Assembly (NCBI GenBank): GCA_965235115.1
Contig: OZ249436.1
Span: 52,020,001 to 52,084,000, forward strand
From: Laetmonice hystrix
Taxonomy: Eukaryota
Length of the DNA stretch: 64,000 nucleotides
Direction of reading: 5' to 3'
Position 1 is the stretch's first letter. Every line of letters begins with the position of its first letter. Below are positions 12,001 through 26,656 of the stretch, one piece after another. The position numbers and the translations under genes were made by a program. Under the pieces are notes generated by a model, which had not been told where the DNA came from, ran no database searches, and saw nothing but the letters and a program-made list of their open reading frames with translations.

Positions 12001-15000
12001 CTGCTAGGCCGGTCAGTATACCCTGTAGCGATTCCCCCTGTACTGTTTGGCCTCCCTGTACCGTTTGCTTGTATACAAGAGTAGCCAGTAGTATAGGGAC
12101 GCCTCATGTTCCATGTTTCCATGCCTTTATTGTCCAGGAGGCAGGCCATACGTTTCGTCTATATCATCTACTCCAATCTAATCTGTGTCCCCTACAGACC
12201 ATCTGTAAGCGTCCGACAACGTTGTGAGGTCGTCCCAATGACTGTTTGCCGTCAAGGTTTAGTTAACAATGGCAAATGACGTTTTACGCCTTTTCTATAT
12301 CAGATATCATATCCCCAAGTAACAAACAAACAAGGAAGGATGACACAGAGATGTTGCAGGCAGAAAACACCAGGGTGCAGTGAAGGGGCTGCGGCCGCTG
12401 CGACTGCACTGCTACCTTCCGGCTAGCGGTGGAACCACCACCTGGCCGGGCTGGCAGGCACCTGTGGCTCTGAGGCGAGAGACAGGTTAAAGCAATGATA
12501 AGCGAAGAAAGGCTACATTTTTTTATACGTCCAATCGAAACTACGCCCCCCGATAATTATGATTCTTAGGCCAGATGTATGACTATCAAAAGTATAGGTC
12601 TCGTACGTTCGCTACAGATATATCTGGTTGTGATGTGAAGGCCAATATACACTTCCCATTTGAGTACCTTTTCCAGATTTTAACATTAGATGCTCCTCGC
12701 CTGTAGCTTTCTTTTTCCACAACCTCACTGTAGTGTTTGCATGGCTACTACGCCAGTCTGTAAGATGTAGGGACTTCTCACTCTACTGGTTGGCCTCCTA
12801 CACTGCTTGGCCCCACAGTGTACTGCTGGCCTCACTGTAGTGTTCGCTTGGCTGCTAGGCCGGCCAGTATACCCTGTAGCGATTCCCCCTGTACTGTTTG
12901 GCCTCCCTGTACCGTTTGCTTGTATACAAGACTAGCCAGTAGTATAGGGACGCCTCATGTTTCATGTTTCCATGCCTTTATTGTCCAGCAGGCAGGCCAT
13001 ACGTTTCGTCTATATCATCTACTCCAATCTAATCTGTGTCCCCTACAGACCATCTCTAAGCGTCCGACAACGTTGTCAGGTCGTCCCAATGACTGTTTGC
13101 CGTCAAGGTTTAGTTAACAATAGCAAATGACGTTTTACGCCTTTTCTATATCAGATATCCCATCCCCAAGTAACAAACAAACAAAGAAACATGACACAGA
13201 GATGTTGCAGGCAGAAAAACCAGGGTGCAGTGAAGGGGCGGCGGCCGCTGCGACTGCACTGCTACCTTCCGGCTAGCGGTGGAACCACCACCTGGCCGGG
13301 CTGGCAGGCACCTGTGGCTCTGAGGCGAGAGACAGGTTAAAGCAATGATAAGCGAAAAAAGGCTAAATTTTGATACGTCCAATCGAAACTACGCCCCCCA
13401 TAATTATGATTCTTAGGCCAGATGTATGACTATCAAACGTATAGGTCTCGTACGTTCGCTACAGATATATCTGGTTGTAATGTGTAGGCCAATGTACACT
13501 TCCCATTTGAGTATCTTTTCCAGATTTTAACATTAGATGCTCCTCGCCTGTAGCTTTCTTTTTCCACAACCTCACTGTAGTGTTTGCACGGCTACTATGC
13601 CAGTCTGTAAGATGTAGGGACTTCTCACTCTACTGGTTGGCCTCCTACACTGCTTGGCCCCACAGTGTACTGTTTGGCCTCACTGTAGTGTTCGCTTGGC
13701 TGCTAGGCCGGTCAGTATACCCTGTAGCGATTCCCCCTGTACTGTTTGGCCTCCCTGTACCGTTTGCTTGTATACAAGAGTAGCCAGTAGTATAGGGACG
13801 CCTCATGTTTCATGTTTCCATGCCTTTATTGTCCAGGAGGCAGGCCATACGTTTCGTCTATGTCATCTACTCCAATCTAATCTGTGTCCCCTACAGACCA
13901 TCTGTAAGCGTCCGACAACGTTGTCAGGTCGTCCCAATGACTGTTTGCCGTAAAGGTTTAGTTAACAATGACAAATGACGTTTTACGCCTTTTCTATATC
14001 AGATATCCCATCCCCAAGTAACAAACAAACAAAGAAGGATGACACAGAGATGTTGCAGGCAGAAAACACCAGGGTGCAGTGAAGGGGCGGCGGCCGCTGC
14101 GACTGCACTGCTACCTTCCGGCTAGCGGTGGAACAACCACCTGGCCGGGCTGGCAGGCAACTGTGGCTCTGAGGCGAGAGACAGGTTAAAGCAATGATAA
14201 GCGAAGAAAGGCTACATTTTTGATACGTCCAATCGAAACTACGCCCCCCCCCCCATAATTATGATTCTTAGGCCAGATGTATGACTATCAAACGTATAGG
14301 TCTCGTACGTTCGCTACAGATATATCTGGTTGTGATGTGTAGGCCAATGTACACTTCCCATTTGAGTACCTTTTCCAGATTTTAACATTAGATGCTCCTC
14401 GCCTGTAGCTTTCTTTTTCCACACCCTCACTGTAGTGTTTGCATGGCTACTACGCCAGTCTGTAAGATGTAGGGACTTCTCACTCTACTGGTTGGCCTCC
14501 TACACTGCTTGGCCCCACAGTGTACTGTTTGGCCTCACTGTAGTGTTCGCTTGGCTGCTAGGCCGGCCAGCATACCCGGTAGCGATTCCCCCTGTACTGT
14601 TTGGCCTTCCTGTACCGTTTGCTTGTATACAAGAGTAGCCAGTAGTCTAGGGACGCCTCATGTTCCATGTTTCCATGCCTTTATTGTCCAGGAGGCAGGC
14701 AATACGTTTCGTCTATATCATCTACTCCAATCTAATCTGTGTCCCCTACAGACCATCTGTAAGCGTCCGACAATGTTGTCAGGTCGTCCCAATGACTGTT
14801 TGCCGTAAAGGTTTAGTTAACAATGGCAAATGACGTTTTACGCCTTTTCTATATCAGATATCCCATCCCCAAGTAACAAACAAAGAAAGAAAGATGACAC
14901 AGAGATGTTGCAGGCAGAAAACACCAGGGTGCAGTGAAGGGGCGGCGGCCGCTGCGACTGCACTGCTACCTTCCGGCTAGCGGTGGAACCACCACCTGGC

Positions 15001-15871
15001 CGGGCTGGCAGGCACCTGTGGCTCTGAGGCGAGAGACAGGTTAAAGCAATGGTAAGCGAAAAAAGGCTACATTTTTGATACGTCCAGTCGAAACTACGCC
15101 CCCCATAATTATGATTCTTGGGCCAGATGTATGACTATCAAACGTATAGGTCTCGTACGTTCGCTACAGATATATCTGGTTGTGATGTGTAGGCCAATGT
15201 ACACTTCCCATTTGAGTACCTTTTCCAGATTTTAACATTAGATGCTCCTCGCCTGTAGCTTTCTTTTTCCACAACCTCACTGTAGTGTTTGCATGGCTAC
15301 TACGCCAGTCTGTAAGATGTACGGACTTCTCACTCTACTGGTTGGCCTACTACACTGCTTGGCCCCACAGTGTACTGTTTGGCCTCACTGTAGTGTTCGC
15401 TTGGCTGCTAGGCCGGTCAGTATTCCCTGTAGCGATTCCCCCTGTACTGTTTGGCCTCCCTGTACCGTTTGCTTGTATACAAGAGTAGCCAGTAGTATAG
15501 GGACGCCTCATGTTTCATGTTTCCATGCCTTTATTGTCCAGGAGGCAGGCCATACGTTTCGTCTATGTCATCTACTCCAATCTAATCTGTGTCCCCTACA
15601 GACCATCTGTAAGCGTCCGACAACGTTGTCAGGTCGTCCCAATGACTGTTTGCCGTAAAGGTTTAGTTAACAATGGCAAATGACGTTTTACGCCTTTTCT
15701 ATATCAGATATCCCATCCCCAAGTAACAAACAAACAAAGAAGGATGACACAGAGATGTTGCAGGCAGAAAACACCAGGGTGCAGTGAAGGGGCGGCGGCC
15801 GCTGCGACTGCACTGCTACCTTCCGGCTAGCGGTGGAACCACCACCTGGCCGGGCTGGCAGGCACCTGTGG

Positions 15872-16142
15872 GTGGGGTGGGTGGGTATTTGGGGTTTTAC
15901 GCCTTGCAACAGCCAGGGTCATATCACGGCGGTGAAGATGAGATGAAAGTCAGTTTTTCTTGGTGGAGGAAACCGGAGTACCCGGAGGAAACCACCGACC
16001 TTCGGGAAGGAACTGACTGACAAACCTTTCACACATGCAGCCCAGGCCGGGAATCGAACCAGGGTCGCAGCGGTGTGAGGCGATGGTCCTAGGTGTCATG
16101 ATGGAGCCGACACCTTAGACCACTCGGCCACCCGAGGCCCCC
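15872..16142 (-). mobile_element. tRNA-derived SINE, copy 3
   Basis: Same element, site and TSD; 7101 bp from copy 2. Confidence 0.95.
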
Positions 16143-19100
16143 GCAGGCACCTGTGGCTCTGAGGCGAGAGACAGGTTAAAGCAATGATAAGCGAAGAAAG
16201 GCTACATTTTTGATACCTCCAATCGAACCTACGCCCCCCCCCCCCCATAATTATGATTCTTAGGCCAGATGTATGACTATCAAACGTATAGGTCTCGTAC
16301 GTTCGCTACAGATATATCTGGTTGTGATGTGTAGGCCAATGTACACTTCCCATTTGAGTACCTTTTCCAGATTTTAACATTAGATGCTCCTCGCCTGTAG
16401 CTTTCTTTTTCCACAACCTCACTGTAGTGTTTGCATGGCTACTACGCCAGTCTGTAAGATGTAGGGACTTCTCACTCTACTGGTTGGCCTCCTACACTGC
16501 TTGGCCCCACAGTGTACTGTTTGGCCTCACTGTAGTGTTCGCTTGGCTGCTAGGCCGGCCAGTATACCCTGTAGCGATTGCCCCTGTACTGTTTGGCCTC
16601 CCTGTACCGTTTGCTTGTATACAAGAGTAGCCAGTAGTATAGGGACGCCTCATGTTTCATGTTTCCATGCCTTTATTGTCCAGGAGGCAGGCAATACGTT
16701 TCGTCTATATCATCTACTCCAATCTAATCTGTGTCCCCTACAGACCATCTGTAAGCGTCCGACAACGTTGTCAGGTCGTCCCAATGACTGTTTGCCGTAA
16801 AGGTTTAGTTACCAATGGCAAATGACGTTTTACGCCTTTGCTATATCAGATATCCCATCCCCAAGTAACAAACAAACAAAGAAGGATTACACAGAGATGT
16901 TCCAGGCAGAAAACACCAGGGTGCAGTAAAGGGGCGGCGGCCGCTGCGACTGCACTGCTACCTTCCGGCTAGCGGTGGAACCACCACCTGGCCGGGCTGG
17001 CAGGCACCTGTGGCTCTGAGGCGAGAGACAGGTTAAAGCAATAAGCGAAAAAAGGCTAAATTTTGATACGTCCAATCGAAACTACGCCCCCCATAATTAT
17101 GATTCTTAGGCCAGATGTATGACTATCAAACGTATAGGTCTCGTACGTTCGCTACAGATATATCTGGTTGTAATGTGTAGGCCAATGTACACTTCCCATT
17201 TGAGTATCTTTTCCAGATTTTAACATTAGATGCTCCTCGCCTGTAGCTTTCTTTTTCCACAACCTCACTGTAGTGTTTGCACGGCTACTATGCCAGTCTG
17301 TAAGATGTAGGGACTTCTCACTCTACTGGTTGGCCTCCTACACTGCTTGGCCCCACAGTGTACTGTTTGGCCTCACTGTAATGTTCGCTTGGCTGCTAGG
17401 CCGGTCAGTATACCCTGTAGCGATTCCCCCTGTACTGTTTGGCCTCCCTGTACCGTTTGCTTGTATACAAGAGTAGCCAGTAGTATAGGGACGCCTCATG
17501 TTTCATGTTTCCATGCCTTTATTGTCCAGGAGGCAGGCCATACGTTTCGTCTATATCATCTACTCCAATCTAATCTGTGTCCCCTACAGACCATCTGTAA
17601 GCGTCCGACAACGTTGTCAGGTCGTCCCAATGACTTGTTTGCCGTAAAGGTTTAGTTAACAATGGCAAATGACGTTTTACGCCTTTTCTATATCAGATAT
17701 CCCATCCCCAAGTAACAAACAAACAAAGAAGGATGACACAGAGATGTTGCAGGCAGAAAACACCAGGGTGCAGTGAAGGGGCGGCGGCCGCTGCGACTGC
17801 ACTGCTACCTTCCGGCTAGCGGTGGAACCACCACCTGGCCGGGCTGGCAGGCACCTGTGGCTCTGAGGCGAGAGACAGGTTAAAGCAATGATAAGCGAAG
17901 AAAGGCTACATTTTTGATACGTCCAATCGAAACTACGCCCCCCCCCCCCATAATTATGATTCTTAGGCCAGATGTATGACTATCAAACGTATAGGTCTCG
18001 TACGTTCGCTACAGATATATCTGGTTGTGATGTGTAGGCCAATGTACACTTCCCATTTGAGTACCTTTTCCAGATTTTAACATTAGATGCTCCTCGCCTG
18101 TAGCTTTCTTTTTCCACAACCTCACTGTAGTGTTTGCATGGCTACTACGCCAGTCTGTAAGATGTAGGGACTTCTCACTCTACTGGTTGGCCTCCTACAC
18201 TGCTTGGCCCCACAGTGTACTGTTTGGCCTCACTGTAGTGTTCGCTTGGCTGCTAGGCCGGCCAGCATACCCGGTAGCGATTCCCCCTGTACTGTTTGGC
18301 CTTCCTGTACCGTTTGCTTGTATACAAGAGTAGTCAGTAGTATAGGGACGCCTCATGTTTCATGTTTCCCTGCCTTTATTGTCCAGGAGGCAGGCCATAC
18401 GTTTCGTCTATATCATCTACTCCAATCTAACCTGTGTCCCCTACAGACCATCTGTAAGCGTCCGACAACGTTGTCAGGTCGTCCCAATGACTGTTTGCCG
18501 TCAAGGTTTAGTTAACAATGGCAAATGACGTTGTACGCCTTTTCTATATCAGATATCCCATCCCCAAGTAACAAACAAACAAAGAAGGATGACACAGAGA
18601 TGTTGCAGGCAGAAAACACCAGGGTGCAGTGAAGGGGCGGCGGCCGCTGCGACTGCACTGCTACCTTCCGGCTAGCGGTGAAACCACCACCTGGCCGGGC
18701 TGGCAGGCACCTGTGGCTCTGAGGCGAGAGACAGGTTAAAGCAATGATAAGCGAAAAAAAGGCTACATTTTTGATACGTCTAATCGAAACTACGCCACCC
18801 ATAATTATGATTCTTAGGCCAGATGTATGACGATCAAACGTATAGGTCTCGTACGTTCGCTACAGATATATCTGGTAAGTTGTGATGTGTAGGCCAATGT
18901 ACACTTCCCATTTGAGTATCTTTTCCAGATTCTAACATTAGATGCTCCTCGCCTGTAGCTTTCTTTTTCCACAACCTCACTGTAGTGTTTGCATGGCTAC
19001 TACGCCAGTCTGTAAGATGTAGGGACTTCTCACTCTACTGGTTGGCCTCCTACACTGCTTGGCCCCACAGTGTACTGTTTGGCCTCACTGTAGTGTTCGC

Positions 19101-22100
19101 TTGGCTGCTAGGCCGGTCAGTATACCCTGTAGCGATTCCCCCTGTACTGTTTGGCCTCCCTGTACCGTTTGCTTGTATACAAGAGTAGCCAGTAGTATAG
19201 GGACGCCTCATGTTCCATGTTTCCATGCCTTTATTGTCCAGGAGGCAGGCCATACGTTTCGTCTATATCATCTACTCCAATCTAATCTGTGTCCCCTACA
19301 GACCATCTGTAAGCGTCCGACAACGTTGTGAGGTCGTCCCAATGACTGTTTGCCGTCAAGGTTTAGTTAACAATGGCAAATGACGTTTTACGCCTTTTCT
19401 ATATCAGATATCATATCCCCAAGTAACAAACAAACAAGGAAGGATGACACAGAGATGTTGCAGGCAGAAAACACCAGGGTGCAGTGAAGGGGCTGCGGCC
19501 GCTGCGACTGCACTGCTACCTTCCGGCTAGCGGTGGAACCACCACCTGGCCGGGCTGGCAGGCACCTGTGGCTCTGAGGCGAGAGACAGGTTAAAGCAAT
19601 GATAAGCGAAGAAAGGCTACATTTTTTTATACGTCCAATCGAAACTACGCCCCCCGATAATTATGATTCTTAGGCCAGATGTATGACTATCAAAAGTATA
19701 GGTCTCGTACGTTCGCTACAGATATATCTGGTTGTGATGTGAAGGCCAATATACACTTCCCATTTGAGTACCTTTTCCAGATTTTAACATTAGATGCTCC
19801 TCGCCTGTAGCTTTCTTTTTCCACAACCTCACTGTAGTGTTTGCATGGCTACTACGCCAGTCTGTAAGATGTAGGGACTTCTCACTCTACTGGTTGGCCT
19901 CCTACACTGCTTGGCCCCACAGTGTACTGCTGGCCTCACTGTAGTGTTCGCTTGGCTGCTAGGCCGGCCAGTATACCCTGTAGCGATTCCCCCTGTACTG
20001 TTTGGCCTCCCTGTACCGTTTGCTTGTATACAAGACTAGCCAGTAGTATAGGGACGCCTCATGTTTCATGTTTCCATGCCTTTATTGTCCAGCAGGCAGG
20101 CCATACGTTTCGTCTATATCATCTACTCCAATCTAATCTGTGTCCCCTACAGACCATCTCTAAGCGTCCGACAACGTTGTCAGGTCGTCCCAATGACTGT
20201 TTGCCGTCAAGGTTTAGTTAACAATAGCAAATGACGTTTTACGCCTTTTCTATATCAGATATCCCATCCCCAAGTAACAAACAAACAAAGAAACATGACA
20301 CAGAGATGTTGCAGGCAGAAAAACCAGGGTGCAGTGAAGGGGCGGCGGCCGCTGCGACTGCACTGCTACCTTCCGGCTAGCGGTGGAACCACCACCTGGC
20401 CGGGCTGGCAGGCACCTGTGGCTCTGAGGCGAGAGACAGGTTAAAGCAATGATAAGCGAAAAAAGGCTAAATTTTGATACGTCCAATCGAAACTACGCCC
20501 CCCATAATTATGATTCTTAGGCCAGATGTATGACTATCAAACGTATAGGTCTCGTACGTTCGCTACAGATATATCTGGTTGTAATGTGTAGGCCAATGTA
20601 CACTTCCCATTTGAGTATCTTTTCCAGATTTTAACATTAGATGCTCCTCGCCTGTAGCTTTCTTTTTCCACAACCTCACTGTAGTGTTTGCACGGCTACT
20701 ATGCCAGTCTGTAAGATGTAGGGACTTCTCACTCTACTGGTTGGCCTCCTACACTGCTTGGCCCCACAGTGTACTGTTTGGCCTCACTGTAGTGTTCGCT
20801 TGGCTGCTAGGCCGGTCAGTATACCCTGTAGCGATTCCCCCTGTACTGTTTGGCCTCCCTGTACCGTTTGCTTGTATACAAGAGTAGCCAGTAGTATAGG
20901 GACGCCTCATGTTTCATGTTTCCATGCCTTTATTGTCCAGGAGGCAGGCCATACGTTTCGTCTATGTCATCTACTCCAATCTAATCTGTGTCCCCTACAG
21001 ACCATCTGTAAGCGTCCGACAACGTTGTCAGGTCGTCCCAATGACTGTTTGCCGTAAAGGTTTAGTTAACAATGACAAATGACGTTTTACGCCTTTTCTA
21101 TATCAGATATCCCATCCCCAAGTAACAAACAAACAAAGAAGGATGACACAGAGATGTTGCAGGCAGAAAACACCAGGGTGCAGTGAAGGGGCGGCGGCCG
21201 CTGCGACTGCACTGCTACCTTCCGGCTAGCGGTGGAACAACCACCTGGCCGGGCTGGCAGGCAACTGTGGCTCTGAGGCGAGAGACAGGTTAAAGCAATG
21301 ATAAGCGAAGAAAGGCTACATTTTTGATACGTCCAATCGAAACTACGCCCCCCCCCCCCATAATTATGATTCTTAGGCCAGATGTATGACTATCAAACGT
21401 ATAGGTCTCGTACGTTCGCTACAGATATATCTGGTTGTGATGTGTAGGCCAATGTACACTTCCCATTTGAGTACCTTTTCCAGATTTTAACATTAGATGC
21501 TCCTCGCCTGTAGCTTTCTTTTTCCACACCCTCACTGTAGTGTTTGCATGGCTACTACGCCAGTCTGTAAGATGTAGGGACTTCTCACTCTACTGGTTGG
21601 CCTCCTACACTGCTTGGCCCCACAGTGTCCTGTTTGGCCTCACTGTAGTGTTCGCTTGGCTGCTAGGCCGGCCAGTATACCCTGTAGCGATTGCCCCTGT
21701 ACTGTTTGGCCTCCCTGTACCGTTTGCTTGTATACAAGAGTAGCCAGTAGTATAGGGACGCCTCATGTTTCATGTTTCCATGCCTTTATTGTCCAGGAGG
21801 CAGGCAATACGTTTCGTCTATATCATCTACTCCAATCTAATCTGTGTCCCCTACAGACCATCTGTAAGCGTCCGACAACGTTGTCAGGTCGTCCCAATGA
21901 CTGTTTGCCGTAAAGGTTTAGTTAACAATGGCAAATGACGTTTTACGCCTTTTCTATATCAGATATCCAATCCCCAAGTAACAAACAAAGAAAGAAAGAT
22001 GACACAGAGATGTTGCAGGCAGAAAACACCAGGGTGCAGTGAAGGGGCGGCGGCCGCTGCGACTGCACTGCTACCTTCCGGCTAGCGGTGGAACCACCAC

Positions 22101-25100
22101 CTGGCCGGGCTGGCAGGCACCTGTGGCTCTGAGGCGAGAGACAGGTTAAAGCAATGGTAAGCGAAAAAAGGCTACATTTTTGATACGTCCAGTCGAAACT
22201 ACGCCCCCCATAATTATGATTCTTGGGCCAGATGTATGACTATCAAACGTATAGGTCTCGTACGTTCGCTACAGATATATCTGGTTGTGATGTGTAGGCC
22301 AATGTACACTTCCCATTTGAGTACCTTTTCCAGATTTTAACATTAGATGCTCCTCGCCTGTAGCTTTCTTTTTCCACAACCTCACTGTAGTGTTTGCATG
22401 GCTACTACGCCAGTCTGTAAGATGTACGGACTTCTCACTCTACTGGTTGGCCTCCTACACTGCTTGGCCCCACAGTGTACTGTTTGGCCTCACTGTAGTG
22501 TTCGCTTGGCTGCTAGGCCGGCCAGTATACCCTGTAGCGATTCCCCCTGTACTGTTTGGCCTCCCTGTACCGTTTGCGTGTATACAAGAGTAGCCAGTAG
22601 TATAGGGACGCCTCATGTTTCATGTTTCCATGCCTTTATTGTCCAGGAGGCAGGCAATACGTTTCGTCTATATCATCTACTCCAATCTAATCTGTGTCCC
22701 CTACAGACCATCTGTAAGCGTCCGACAACGTTGTCAGGTCGTCCCAATGACTGTTTGCCGTAAAGGTTTAGTTACCAATGGCAAATGACGTTTTACGCCT
22801 TTGCTATATCAGATATCCCATCCCCAAGTAACAAACAAACAAAGAAGGATTACACAGAGATGTTCCAGGCAGAAAACACCAGGGTGCAGTAAAGGGGCGG
22901 CGGCCGCTGCGACTGCACTGCTACCTTCCGGCTAGCGGTGGAACCACCACCTGGCCGGGCTGGCAGGCACCTGTGTCTCTGAGGCGAGAGACAGGTTAAA
23001 GCAATGATAAGCGAAAAAAGGCTACATTTTTGATACGTCCAATCGAAACTACGCCACCCATAATTATGATTCTTGGGCCAGATGTATGACTATCAAACGT
23101 ATAGGTCTCGTACGTTCGCTACAGATATATCTGGTTGTAATGTGTAGGCCAATGTACACTTCCCATTTGAGTATCTTTTCCAGATTTTAACATTAGATGC
23201 TCCTCGCCTGTAGCTTTCTTTTTCCACAACCTCACTGTAGTGTTTGCACGGCTACTATGCCAGTCTGTAAGATGTAGGGACTTCTCACTCTACTGGTTGG
23301 CCTCCTACACTGCTTGGCCCCACAGTGTACTGTTTGGCCTCACTGTAGTGTTCGCTTGGCTGCTAGGCCGGTCAGTATACCCTGTAGCGATTCCCCCTGT
23401 ACTGTTTGGCCTCCCTGTACCGTTTGCTTGTATACAAGAGTAGCCAGTAGTATAGGGACGCCTCATGTTCCATGTTTCCATGCCTTTATTGTCCAGGAGG
23501 CAGGCCATACGTTTTGTCTATATCATCTACTCCAATCTAATCTGTGTCCCCTACAGACCATCTGTAAGCGTCCGACAACGTTGTCAGGTCGTCACAATGA
23601 CTGTTTGCCGTAAAGGTTTAGTTAACAATGGCAAATGACGTTTTACGCCTTTTCTATATCAGATATCCCATCCCCAAGTAACAAACAAACAAAGAAGGAT
23701 GACACAGAGATGTTGCAGGCAGAAAACACCAGGGTGCAGTGAAGGGGCGGCGGCCGCTGCGACTGCACTGCTACCTTCCGGCTAGCGGTGAAACCACCAC
23801 CTGGCCGGGCTGGCAGGCACCTGTGGCTCTGAGGCGAGAGACAGGTTAAAGCAATGATAAGCGAAGAAAGGCTACATTTTTGATACGTCCAATCGAAACT
23901 ACGCCCCCCCCCCCATAATTATGATTCTTAGGCCAGATGTATGACTATCAAACGTATAGGTCTCGTACGTTCGCTACAGATATATCTGGTTGTGATGTGT
24001 AGGCCAATGTACACTTCCCATTTGAGTACCTTTTCCAGATTTTAACATTAGATGCTCCTCGCCTGTAGCTTTCTTTTTCCACAACCTCACTGTAGTGTTT
24101 GCATGGCTACTACGCCAGTCTGTAAGATGTAGGGACTTCTCACTCTACTGGTTGGCCTCCTACCCTGCTTGGCCCCACAGTGTACTGTTTGGCCTCACTG
24201 TAGTGTTCGCTTGGCTGCTAGGCCGGCCAGCATACCCGGTAGCGATTCCCCCTGTACTGTTTGGCCTTCCTGTACCGTTTGCTTGTATACAAGAGTAGCC
24301 AGTAGTATAGGGACGCCTCATGTTTCATGTTTCCATGCCTTTATTGTCCAGGAGGCAGGCAATACGTTTCGTCTATATCATCTACTCCAATCTAATCTGT
24401 GTCCCCTAGAGACCATCTGTAAGCGTCCGACAACGTAGTCAGGTCGTCACAATGACTGTTTGCCGTAAAGGTTTAGTTAACAATGGCAAATGACGTTTTA
24501 CGCCTTTTCTATATCAGATATCCCATCCCCAAGTAACAAACAAACAAAGAAGGATGACACAGAGATGTTCCAGGCAGAAAACACCAGGGTGCAGTGAAGG
24601 GGCGGCGGCCGCTGCGACTGCACTGCTACCTTCCGGCTAGCGGTGGAACCACCACCTGGCCGGGCTGGCAGGCACCTGTGGCTCTGAGGCGAGAGACAGG
24701 TTAAAGCAATGATAAGCGAAGAAAGGCTACATTTTTGATACGTCCAATCGAAACTACGCCCCCCCCCCATAATTATGATTCTTAGGCCAGATGTATGACT
24801 ATCAAACGTATAGGTCTCGTACGTTCGCTACAGATATATCTGGTTGTGATGTGTAGGCCAATGTACACTTCCCATTTGAGTACCTTTTCCAGATTTTAAC
24901 ATTAGATGCTCCTCGCCTGTAGCTTTCTTTTTCCACAACCTCGCTGTAGTGTTTGCATGGCTACTACGCCAGTCTGTAAGATGTAGGGACTTCTCACTCT
25001 ACTGGTTGGCCTCCTACACTGCTTGGCCCCACAGTGTACTGTTTGGCCTCACTGTAGTGTTCGCTTGGCTGCTAGGCCGGCCAGCATACCCGGTAGCGAT

Positions 25101-26385
25101 TCCCCCTGTACTGTTTGGCCTTCCTGTACCGTTTGCTTGTATACAAGAGTAGCCAGTAGTCTAGGGACGCCTCATGTTCCATGTTTCCATGCCTTTATTG
25201 TCCAGGAGGCAGGCAATACGTTTCGTCTATATCATCTACTCCAATCTAATCTGTGTCCCCTACAGACCATCTGTAAGCGTCCGACAATGTTGTCAGGTCG
25301 TCCCAATGACTGTTTGCCGTAAAGGTTTAGTTAACAATGGCAAATGACGTTTTACGCCTTTTCTATATCAGATATCCCATCCCCAAGTAACAAACAAAGA
25401 AAGAAAGATGACACAGAGATGTTGCAGGCAGAAAACACCAGGGTGCAGTGAAGGGGCGGCGGCCGCTGCGACTGCACTGCTACCTTCCGGCTAGCGGTGG
25501 AACCACCACCTGGCCGGGCTGGCAGGCACCTGTGGCTCTGAGGCGAGAGACAGGTTAAAGCAATGGTAAGCGAAAAAAGGCTACATTTTTGATACGTCCA
25601 GTCGAAACTACGCCCCCCATAATTATGATTCTTGGGCCAGATGTATGACTATCAAACGTATAGGTCTCGTACGTTCGCTACAGATATATCTGGTTGTGAT
25701 GTGTAGGCCAATGTACACTTCCCATTTGAGTACCTTTTCCAGATTTTAACATTAGATGCTCCTCGCCTGTAGCTTTCTTTTTCCACAACCTCACTGTAGT
25801 GTTTGCATGGCTACTACGCCAGTCTGTAAGATGTACGGACTTCTCACTCTACTGGTTGGCCTACTACACTGCTTGGCCCCACAGTGTACTGTTTGGCCTC
25901 ACTGTAGTGTTCGCTTGGCTGCTAGGCCGGTCAGTATTCCCTGTAGCGATTCCCCCTGTACTGTTTGGCCTCCCTGTACCGTTTGCTTGTATACAAGAGT
26001 AGCCAGTAGTATAGGGACGCCTCATGTTTCATGTTTCCATGCCTTTATTGTCCAGGAGGCAGGCCATACGTTTCGTCTATGTCATCTACTCCAATCTAAT
26101 CTGTGTCCCCTACAGACCATCTGTAAGCGTCCGACAACGTTGTCAGGTCGTCCCAATGACTGTTTGCCGTAAAGGTTTAGTTAACAATGGCAAATGACGT
26201 TTTACGCCTTTTCTATATCAGATATCCCATCCCCAAGTAACAAACAAACAAAGAAGGATGACACAGAGATGTTGCAGGCAGAAAACACCAGGGTGCAGTG
26301 AAGGGGCGGCGGCCGCTGCGACTGCACTGCTACCTTCCGGCTAGCGGTGGAACCACCACCTGGCCGGGCTGGCAGGCACCTGTGG

Positions 26386-26656
26386 GTGGGGTGGGTGGGT
26401 ATTTGGGGTTTTACGCCTTGCAACAGCCAGGGTCATATCACGGCGGTGAAGATGAGATGAAAGTCAGTTTTTCTTGGTGGAGGAAACCGGAGTACCCGGA
26501 GGAAACCACCGACCTTCGGGAAGGAACTGACTGACAAACCTTTCACACATGCAGCCCAGGCCGGGAATCGAACCAGGGTCGCAGCGGTGTGAGGCGATGG
26601 TCCTAGGTGTCATGATGGAGCCGACACCTTAGACCACTCGGCCACCCGAGGCCCCC
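26386..26656 (-). mobile_element. tRNA-derived SINE, copy 4
   Basis: Same element, site and TSD. Confidence 0.95.

Larger units (their letters stand above)
7334..21539. repeat. Higher-order repeat: two copies of an 8-monomer (~7.10 kb) unit containing one SINE
   Basis: Variant monomers recur at +7101 to +7104 (7334/14435, 8184/15285, 11026/18130, 13580/20684). Confidence 0.92.
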